Below are positions 23,501 to 31,957 of a DNA stretch of 48,420 bases, one piece after another; position 1 is the stretch's first letter; every line of letters starts with the position of its first letter. Location of the stretch: contig LT642165.1 of NCBI GenBank assembly GCA_900128585.1, forward strand, positions 1-48,420, given 5' to 3'. A program made the position numbers and the translations under genes. Under the pieces are notes generated by a model. The model was not told the origin of the DNA and did no database searches. It saw only the letters and a list, made by a program, of their open reading frames with translations. The stretch is from Stramenopiles sp. TOSAG23-3 (Eukaryota).

Positions 23501-24794
23501 TCTCGTGGCTGTCGATGTCAATCCTAAACTTGAACTCATCGTCAATATCTTGGCAGATAACGTACTTTCCCCCGCCATCGACAGCGGAACGCCGCTTTTC
23601 TGTCAATATCAAGCCCAACCGACCGCCTCTGAATGTTACCTCGTAACGGACAGGCGCATTTTCCTCTCCTTCAACACTGCCCGCTTCGCCACTTTGCCCC
23701 TCCGTCGTTGCAGTGGGTTGTGGGCCACTGTCTTCGTAAACAGTTTTTTCAGAAATAATACGGTCGATCTTAACGAGATCAGGATCCACGTTCCCGTTCC
23801 ATTTGTCCTCCCCCTCCTCATCTACTAGCCTATCAAACTGTTTCAACATACCGTGGTGCCTGGTGGATATTTCCGTCTGCGAAAAGAGTTCTTCGTACGA
23901 ATACCACTTTACGTGTAAATACGATTTCCCCGAGAGTTTTACGCAATATTCCACTTGTCCTAATTCATTCAAACGCCTTCCCACGTACTTCTCTACTTTC
24001 GGCCTGTCTTCATCATTATCATCTGCGTACCTGTGGCGCCTTTCCGCGGCACTGTTGGAGTGTTTTGCTCCATACGAGGTAGCGGGCGCGGGGTTGCTCT
24101 TTGTTCCTTTTTTGTTTTTCGAACCTTTTGGTCTTCCCCTGCCTTTGGCTTTAGTCCTTTTCTTCGAGCCGTGCATTTCGTCGTCGGACGACTCTTCGAA
24201 TTCCCCGTCATCGAAGTCGTCGGTGTAGGTGACCCGCTGTTTTCCCCGACTTCTTGCCGAGCGGCGAACGCCTTGCTCCTTAACTTCTTTGATGATTTTT
24301 GCATCTGTCTTGGAGTTGAACGCTACGAATTCTTCATCTTTGTGGCCGGGTTGGACTTCTGTGCTCCCATATTCCACTTTTTTCTTCTTTTTCACGGGCC
24401 AAGAGTCGCGGTAGCTATCAGTTTCTTCCTCCTCTAGATCTTCTTCCAACATACGCTTTTTTCGTTCTGACTCTGTTTTCTTTCGGATTTTTCTCTCTAG
24501 TGCCTCCTGCCTGTCCCTTTCTACAAGATGCAACGGCCGGGCCTTGCCACCGTTCAGCTTCTTTTGTTCATAATACCTCTTGCTCTGCTCCAATCGCTTT
24601 TTCGCGAGTTCAATTTCTTCGGGGGTCATGCCAGCATATAAATCGTTTCCGTCGTCGGCGTGACTCTCACCCCCTTCTTGTCCGCCTGCTGCAACTGTAC
24701 CAGTCGTCCCCAATGCAGCAGGTTGAACCCCGCCCTTTCCAAGAACGACCGCCTCGCTGCCACCCGACGACCCCGCGCTTCCACCATTTTCCAT
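17529..24794 (-). CDS. CHD-family SNF2 chromatin remodeler with extra PDZ, GATA-type finger, bromodomain and multiple PHD fingers
   Basis: Chromodomains ([32 protein letters not shown]), [81 protein letters not shown]. Confidence 0.97.
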   Translation of the reverse strand: [2421 protein letters not shown]

Positions 24795-26322
24795 AGTGAG
24801 AAGAGTCGTACCTGATGATGCGTTAGTATCGTGGAAACGTTACCGTCGTGGCGCCGCAGAAAGGAAGACTGGTAAATCCACTTACTATCTACTATCTGTC
24901 TGAAAGGCTTCACTCTCTATAGAAATCTTTCTCGTAAACAAACAAATAACTATTAGATGCCAATTTTGTATGATATCTTATTTCTAAACTGTTTTTTTCT
25001 TCTTCTTTTTTCATGATCGATGGTTTAGTCGGTCGTCATCTTCTTCTTATATTGAATTCACTTTCTTTTTTTTTTTCTCCTTCCGTCTGTTGGTTTGTTG
25101 TTGTTTTGGTATTTTTTTTCAGTACAGTACCGGTACGGTAGACTTCCTCGTAGTTTTATTGTGGTGTGTGGTGTACGTGGTGGCGCTCTTCTTTTCTATT
25201 AGTCGTCTTCTTAGGGCTAATAGCTAATAGCTAATAGCATAACTACAGAAGTAACAATTTAACTTCGAACTAATCTTCCCACTGAGAAGTTTATTTCTCC
25301 ATGATTAAGGTATAAATATTTATTATTTATCAATTCTTATAAATTATAGTATGTCATAATTTAAATTGTTATATATATCCTTAAATTATAAAGTAATGCT
25401 GTATTTCCTATCACCTAAAAAAATGAATCAAGTACTGTATAATTCCTTATTCTCGAGCCAACAATTCAAAATTTCCTCCCATGCTGTTTGCTGTCCATCC
25501 ATTTGACAAAAATTTTAAATTATTTTTAAAAAAAGAAAGAAAGAAAGAAAGAAATTAATATTTTAGTTTAAAATATTTTATTAATAGTAAGCTAGGGGAA
25601 CCAGCCCAGGAGAAAATACTGTACCGGTCTTTATCGAGGCTGTACGGCTGTATTCTTGGAATGCTGGAACTATCCTTATTCCACTAATAATATTATTTTG
25701 CTCGGAGTCCTCCTTATGAGCAATATTTAAATACTATTTGGTAGTCTAATAAAATACAAGTATAATATAAAATGAATTTAAATACAGGACTCATTACAAC
25801 AAAGTCACTTTTTTTTAAAGCTACCTATGTATCAGCTGGCTGTCCTATTTATCCCTATCCACATAATTTAGAGTATTTTGATGATATACCACACTCACTC
25901 CATGGAACCATCACACCATCACCTCCTCCTTCTTTTATAAAAGAGCTACGAGAATGTTGAATGTTACCATACTGCTGTACCAACTATTATAATTCCATTG
26001 GAATACCATGTATAATGCCTATCATATCATCATCTACTTCTTCCTCGTACACAAGAAGAAAGAAGAAGAAGAAGAAGAAAAGAAGAAGCACAACAACACA
26101 AACAACTTTTTTTAATAATATTATATTATTATAATTAGTGAAAGTGGAAGAAAGAAAGACAGAAAGATTCTTTTCTTACTAAATTCACGCACACGATGTT
26201 TATGACATGTTTTAGAAGTTAAGCATTATTTACATAACGTTAACTCAAGTCAAACAGCATAAAGATACACACATTTATACCCCAGCCAATAAAAGCTTTA
26301 AATTTTGAAGAACGAAATAAAA

Positions 26323-27126
26323 ATGCCAGTACCAAAAAGACAGCTTTCTGTCGTCGTGCCGACGTATGCCGAGCAGGAGAATATACGCCCCTTGACGGAG
26401 CGACTTTTCAAAGCCGCAAATGCGGAGAACTTGACCGTAGACCTTCTGTTTATGGATGACGACTCTGGAGAAGGTACCATAATCACTGAAAGGGTCGTCA
26501 AAGAGTTGCAGAAGGAGAAGTACCCGGTGCGCATTTATGTGAGGAGAAAGGGAGAGGGGAAAGGTTTAAGTTCTGCAGTAGTACTTGGATTTCAGAAAGC
26601 AAAATACGAGACCATGCTCTGCATGGATGCGGATTTGCAGCACGAACCTGAGGCCGTACCAAGTGTTGCGGAACCAGTCCTATCTGGGGACGCAGAGTTT
26701 ACAGTAGGGTCTCGGAACGTAGAGGGTGGCGGTATCGGAATGGAGTGGGCGCTGATACGCCGAGTCCTTAGTAGCGGCGCAACTATGCTTGCGTACCCAG
26801 TTTCGAAGTCCACCGACCCAATGTCTGGATTTTTTTGCACCACGAAAACTGTATTTAAACGTGGGGAAAACCAACTGAATGCCACTGGCTTTAAAATTGG
26901 TTTGGAACTGATGGTGCGGTGCAACGCGTTTCCAGTGAAGGACGTTCCCATCACGTTTCGAGAGCGTATTGCCGGAGAGAGCAAGCTAAGTATGAAGCAG
27001 AACTTCTACTACGTGCAGCAGTTGCTAGCGTTGTACTGGTATAAGTACTCCCTGTTGCTTATCTTGCTGGTACTGTTAGGACTCTATGTCTTAAGGGTGA
27101 TCTTTGGAATGGTAGGATTGGCATAA
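26323..27126 (+). CDS. DPM1: Dolichol-phosphate mannosyltransferase (GT2) with C-terminal TM anchor
   Basis: SVVVPTYAE, MDDDS, GLSSAV, MDADLQH, GSR, DPMSGFF, GFKIGLEL, VPITFRER..GESKL; hydrophobic C-terminus. Confidence 0.9.
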   Translation: MPVPKRQLSVVVPTYAEQENIRPLTERLFKAANAENLTVDLLFMDDDSGEGTIITERVVKELQKEKYPVRIYVRRKGEGKGLSSAVVLGFQKAKYETMLCMDADLQHEPEAVPSVAEPVLSGDAEFTVGSRNVEGGGIGMEWALIRRVLSSGATMLAYPVSKSTDPMSGFFCTTKTVFKRGENQLNATGFKIGLELMVRCNAFPVKDVPITFRERIAGESKLSMKQNFYYVQQLLALYWYKYSLLLILLVLLGLYVLRVIFGMVGLA

Positions 27127-27576
27127 TCTCCCTAACGTAGAGCCACGCAACGAGTGGGTGCAGTCGAACGAAGCCATCGCCCTTGTCGACAAATGCTACG
27201 AAACGAACAAGCAATTAAACAGAAATATTTTCAAAAGTATGTTATTATATAAGCATATGCATATCTTATGATATGATAGAAAGGCGAGATGTTTTTAATT
27301 TTTATTGCATCTTTGGAAAGAAAATGTTTGTTGGACAAGAGAGCGCGCATTAAGAAATAAGAACACGCCGCATGGCATGGAAAGTATTCCATTATAACTT
27401 TTGATAAGATACATTTTAAATATTAACAGAATATTTATCTCTTTTTATATAATTAGGTTTTTTATCTCTTTTTTGTTTTTTCTTTTTCAATGAAAAACGT
27501 ATTCACGCGTGCATTTTTGGTAATCATATTGTTGTTTTGGAAAAATTAAACTGGGCTTTTTCCGCCCTTCGGAAGT

Positions 27577-28875
27577 TTACCATCCGGAAAAGCTTGTCAG
27601 CTCTAAATTGTAACGTTCCAACCCGTGCGCAACCGTTTCGATCGTTGACTTCCATCCGTTATTCTCTATATTCAACATGTCACGGTGCAGCTCCTTGCGA
27701 ACTTCTACCGAATCATCCCCTACTATTTTGGCAGCCCAATGCGACAAGCCCTCCAACGCGCGCTGTGCAGCACCCTGGTGGTAAACATAGTACGAGCTTG
27801 TATCAATGTGTGGAACGAAGAGGGGCGATTGCCCACTGCAAACGTAGTCGCCGTCCCTTCGTGTGGACACGATAACCCCTTTTTCCTCATGGTCTCCTTG
27901 CATAATTGGAACCATCAGCTTGGGGCGTGACGGGTGGTTGGTGTCAAAAAACACGCCCCAAAACGCTTTAATTAAGTGTCGGGCTAGTTCTGGTCTTATA
28001 TGGTACCCTGGTTTCACAGGGTTTACTACCAAACGTAAATGTTCGCTGCCAATTGCCCCGGGCTGGCCACTCATAGATTTGACCCTATCCGCCCCTTCCG
28101 ACGATACTGGGTGCAGTGCATCAACAACTTCGGCCAAAGTAGCAAGGCGTTGCAGCGAGGATTCATCCATAATCATCGCAAAGCGCTGTTTCCCGAGCCG
28201 TGTCCCCATGTCTCCGAGAAAACGTTGAAAATATTCGTTGACCTGTTCGTACGAAAGCTGCCCCTGCTTTTGTATTGTGGCATGCTCTATAGCGCTCAAT
28301 GCAATTAAGAAAACACCAAGGTCCCCGCCTGGCGCTCCTAGCACACCGTACTGTGCCCGACCATCTATGTCTGAAAAGAAGTGGTGCCATACCTCCCGAA
28401 AAGGCATCTTTTCAGGATGCTGTACTTCGAACGATGCCCTTACCTGTGGCCGCAGCGAAGTTTGCTCATCCTGTAATCCTGCGAAAGAACCAATATGGGA
28501 AGCCGCTTTGCTGGCATCCGCAATCGACCTTTCGTATTCGTCTTTTCCGCGGGTCGTCGTGCGGATATTTTGGTCTTCCACTACCTGAATACGGTCGATG
28601 GGACACAAGTACCGTTGATGGCCTAAGGATTTCAGTCTTTTGTATCGTTCGGCGGCCATGTGAGCTTTTCGTTTTCGCGCTGCTCGGTCTTTTGCCAACT
28701 TGTATGGCGACGTATCAAACTGTGGGGCTTCTTGCACTGGCATAGGCGAAAAGCTTGGTTTTGAAGCCGAAGCGTGCTTCGGGTCGTCAATGCTGGAGCA
28801 ACAGTCTACAAATCTGCAGCCAGATGCCGGGCATTTTACTGATTCTAACGCTTTGCTGCAGGTGGGGCACTGCCT
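27577..28875 (-). CDS. C-terminal gene segment with a zeta (CDCA-type) carbonic-anhydrase-like domain lacking the metal ligands; no convincing start of its own
   Basis: SDIDGR...GAPGGD...MIMD...IGSEHL...GY...QGDHEEKGV parallels CVDGR...PGG...H.D...GCG...G.H.E..V; the ORF 5' end runs into the + strand ORF with no spacer. Confidence 0.65.
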   Translation of the reverse strand, partial: RQCPTCSKALESVKCPASGCRFVDCCSSIDDPKHASASKPSFSPMPVQEAPQFDTSPYKLAKDRAARKRKAHMAAERYKRLKSLGHQRYLCPIDRIQVVEDQNIRTTTRGKDEYERSIADASKAASHIGSFAGLQDEQTSLRPQVRASFEVQHPEKMPFREVWHHFFSDIDGRAQYGVLGAPGGDLGVFLIALSAIEHATIQKQGQLSYEQVNEYFQRFLGDMGTRLGKQRFAMIMDESSLQRLATLAEVVDALHPVSSEGADRVKSMSGQPGAIGSEHLRLVVNPVKPGYHIRPELARHLIKAFWGVFFDTNHPSRPKLMVPIMQGDHEEKGVIVSTRRDGDYVCSGQSPLFVPHIDTSSYYVYHQGAAQRALEGLSHWAAKIVGDDSVEVRKELHRDMLNIENNGWKSTIETVAHGLERYNLELTSFSGW

Positions 28876-31092
28876 GTGACCAGCGAGTCTGGAATTTGGG
28901 CAAGAATAAAGCAACTGTCTGAATCGACCGAGGACATGGTCCCGTCACAAAAAATTTTAGCCCCCACGTTTCAATACCAGATGAACAAATTTCTCTACTT
29001 TGATTCCATTCATAAGTCGTGCGCCCTTGTCCGTGAAAAAGAGGAAAGGGTGGATCTGTTGAAAGGCTTAAAACGACCTAGCCAGTTGTTCAACAAAATC
29101 ATGAAACGGCAGAAAGCGGGTGTAGGCACCACCACCACTTCGTTACTTGAAGTGAACGAAGAAGGGGGGAAGCTTTTGCATACAAACGCCAAATCCAAAG
29201 CCACAAAAAAGAAGAAGCAACACAAAAAGAAAAATCAGAAGGATGCAAGCGAGGGAAAAAAAGGATTTGGCCAGGAAAGTAGCCTGAAAGCGATTAAAGA
29301 AACCGAATACATGCCGTCGTTCGAAAGAGCCGATGATAGAGCTATAGAGAAAGCAAAAGAAATGGAGAGCTTGTGCCTTGAAAAGTGGACCTCCAAAGTC
29401 AGCTTTAAAAGTGCAATTGGTGAGTCTACCTCAAACTTGGCGGTTCTAAAACGCACGTTCTATTCAAACATAGACATGAATTGTAACATGTGCGTCGGCT
29501 TCGTAGCAAACGAGCTGAATCCAGATAGAGAGTTTATTCAATCAAGTTCCGGGTCGATGAGTTCAGCTTTGGCGTATTGCCAAAAAAAGAAAACAAAATT
29601 GGAGCAAACCAGGTGCACAATGACCATGTATCTCATTATTGAGAATTCCATGCTTTTGTCCGGCGCTCGGAAGTACAAGAGTTTGTCAAGGTCTCGGCCA
29701 TCTTCAATGTATTTGCAAGACTTATTTCATAAAAATCCAAGTTTCGCAATGTACGCTACCCCAAAAAATCCATTGACTGGCCATCGTTGGACGCCATTTG
29801 AAATTGCGTCAGGAGTATGCCGACGAACTATGGGAAGCTGTGAAAAGGCCGTTTTTGATGAAAACGAAATAATTGGAGATTCTGCGGCTTTGAGCACAAC
29901 AGAAGCAGAACGAAAAGGCGAAGAAAAGGAAGAAGCAAAAGACAAAGAAGTGTTGAAGGAAATACAGAAATCGCCATCCGATTTTGACCCTGTTAAGCTA
30001 GAGAAAAATGCCAACGATGCGCAAGAATCTCAAATGCAAGAAGCGTGTTCGAGGTTTGGAGTGTTGAAGGAGAAGTACACAAGCTACAAGAAGCAAGTGA
30101 AAGAATCCCGTGGCAACAAAATATGCTACATCTGCTCGAAGTATGTGACGTCATTGAAGCTGCAGCACGGTATGCACCTGAAGAAAGATGGAAAATCTTT
30201 AAGCAGTGATACAGGAGGGGGGGGGATTTACCCGAACAAGCACATAAAGTACGCGGATGCAAAAAAGGGGGTCTGCAGTAAAAAGTTTTTTGACAAGGAG
30301 ACTGATACCTTAAAAACCGCTGAAGCAAAGTGCGGGGGAAATTTATTTTCTTCTGTTAAAGGGTTAAACCTGAACACGGGAACATCACTCATAGAAACCT
30401 TGGGATCTCCGCTGCTGGGGGCACTGGCCGTTCAGAGTGCCGGGGTCTTGGAGCCTGCAAAACAAGCAGCAATGGAAAAACTCAAGCGAACATTTTCGAC
30501 CTTTAAAAGTGGCCCTGTTACCTGCGGGGCCTCTAGTTTCCCTTTAAAGAATCTAGTCACGATGGAGCAAAATATGAACTGCATCGATAAACAAATAGGG
30601 GAATCGATTGTCTCTGAGTTCGGGCAAAACACTTGCCAAAAGGCCCTTGGGGTAGTGAACCAACGAATCGAACAACGTCTGCGTATTGTTGCTGCAAGCC
30701 TGGGTACCCCAGTCCCGAAAAGCTTAGAAATTCCTGATCGGCTCCATTTATACAGAGCTTTAAGGACCGAGGCATACGATGCCAGTGGCAACGTCCAGGT
30801 TGGAAAAGCCGACGAAAAGGTCCTGGCAGGGGTTTTGCCCGCGGATTTGGGCCACAGTGTGTGCGTAGATATAGGGATGTGCTCGACGAAGCAAGACGAA
30901 AGAATGGCCAAATACTGGTCTTCTCAAGGCATGGAAGGTAGCGATTATGCGCATGCCGTCGGTCAGATTCTACCGCCGGGATTTTCTGCCAGATCAGGCG
31001 AAAAAAGTGAAAACAAGAAGAGTGTCAGTGCAACCGAAGGAATAGCAAGTTCTGCTCCTAAAGAAGAGCAAGGCAGCACATCATCATTTTAA
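28876..31092 (+). CDS. Cys-rich segment with saposin-like domains; lacks signal peptide and promoter (possibly an inverted internal gene segment)
   Basis: 738-codon ORF; CNMCVGFV...C...C...VCRRTMGSC, CYICSKYV and HSVCVDIGMC saposin-type patterns. Confidence 0.65.
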   Translation: MTSESGIWARIKQLSESTEDMVPSQKILAPTFQYQMNKFLYFDSIHKSCALVREKEERVDLLKGLKRPSQLFNKIMKRQKAGVGTTTTSLLEVNEEGGKLLHTNAKSKATKKKKQHKKKNQKDASEGKKGFGQESSLKAIKETEYMPSFERADDRAIEKAKEMESLCLEKWTSKVSFKSAIGESTSNLAVLKRTFYSNIDMNCNMCVGFVANELNPDREFIQSSSGSMSSALAYCQKKKTKLEQTRCTMTMYLIIENSMLLSGARKYKSLSRSRPSSMYLQDLFHKNPSFAMYATPKNPLTGHRWTPFEIASGVCRRTMGSCEKAVFDENEIIGDSAALSTTEAERKGEEKEEAKDKEVLKEIQKSPSDFDPVKLEKNANDAQESQMQEACSRFGVLKEKYTSYKKQVKESRGNKICYICSKYVTSLKLQHGMHLKKDGKSLSSDTGGGGIYPNKHIKYADAKKGVCSKKFFDKETDTLKTAEAKCGGNLFSSVKGLNLNTGTSLIETLGSPLLGALAVQSAGVLEPAKQAAMEKLKRTFSTFKSGPVTCGASSFPLKNLVTMEQNMNCIDKQIGESIVSEFGQNTCQKALGVVNQRIEQRLRIVAASLGTPVPKSLEIPDRLHLYRALRTEAYDASGNVQVGKADEKVLAGVLPADLGHSVCVDIGMCSTKQDERMAKYWSSQGMEGSDYAHAVGQILPPGFSARSGEKSENKKSVSATEGIASSAPKEEQGSTSSF

Positions 31093-31411
31093 TAAGGACC
31101 GCGTGAGACGGATTTTGGCTTGAGTAAGACGCGTAGAAAAGGGTCACGCGGCAGCCTGCCGGCACAACGACGGCTTTAGGCTCCCCGTCGACGTTGTCGA
31201 GGGTAAACCCAGACTGAACGCTTATCGATGAGGTCTGGTTCTTGAAGCTACAATCACTGTAAAATTTGATCGGGTCTGCGCACCACATGACCGTGTTCGG
31301 TTGGTTGGAAACCAATCCATGCTCGACGCTCTGCTGGCTGGGCGCAAACCCGTGCCCGAGTGCCGTCGCTGATGCCAGGCAGACAAATGAAAGAGTCTTT
31401 GACAAACTCAT
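31058..31411 (-). CDS. N-terminal gene segment: signal peptide plus beta/gamma-crystallin-like motif, truncated where it meets the + strand ORF
   Basis: MSLSKTLSFVCLASATALGHG signal; IKFYSDCSF...AVVVPAGCRVTLF Greek-key-like pattern; AT-rich promoter region upstream. Confidence 0.65.
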   Translation of the reverse strand: MSLSKTLSFVCLASATALGHGFAPSQQSVEHGLVSNQPNTVMWCADPIKFYSDCSFKNQTSSISVQSGFTLDNVDGEPKAVVVPAGCRVTLFYASYSSQNPSHAVLIKMMMCCLALL

Positions 31412-31879
31412 AATATCGAAAATATTATCAGTTCGCTAATGAAAACAATATTCTTTTCGTTCCAATAGATCAGCTACAATCAAAAACAAAATCAAATTAT
31501 GACGCTATCTTCTTGACTCCTCTCTCTCCCAGTACGCTGGTAGATCCTCTGGAGACAGAGACAATTTGGTATTTGTACAGTACGCCGGAATGAAAAACGG
31601 GACAGCATATAGTATAGATCCAACAAATAAATCATATTTTATATAACATAGGAATACAATCATCAAAGACACTAATTACGAGCCAGCCATCCCCCCCCCC
31701 CGCTCCCCCGCTTTCCTGGAAATGCCCTCTTCTTCTAGTCGTCTACATCACACTCTCTCATCACTTCTTTTTTTATACTGAACTTACTTCCCTTGCCTGT
31801 AATATTCGTATGTAATACTTTAGCAACATTTTATAAAGGAGAAGAGGCAAGTCGTCCATTTTTAATATAATAGTAAGTC

Positions 31880-31957
31880 TAGGACATTGTTACAAGTACA
31901 ATATTTTTAAGTTTTTGCGATAAAATGCAATTATTTTGTACTTGTAACAATGTCCTA
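31880..31957. mobile_element. Putative 78-bp MITE or hairpin with perfect 22-bp inverted repeat bounded by TA
   Basis: TAGGACATTGTTACAAGTACAA (31880-31901) and its exact reverse complement (31936-31957), 34-nt spacer. Confidence 0.6.

Noticed and set aside
25590-26050. Coding-like stretch whose - frame is broken only by TAA/TAG (alternative code or pseudogene?)
   Set aside because: No recognisable domain, stop density is ordinary for AT-rich DNA, and real genes here end in TAA, TAG and TGA.
28876-31092. Nested + strand gene inside an intron of the - strand gene
   Set aside because: In-phase donors are weak (GTCTCA, GTCTTA) and the inner ORF has no room for a promoter; disfavoured rather than excluded.
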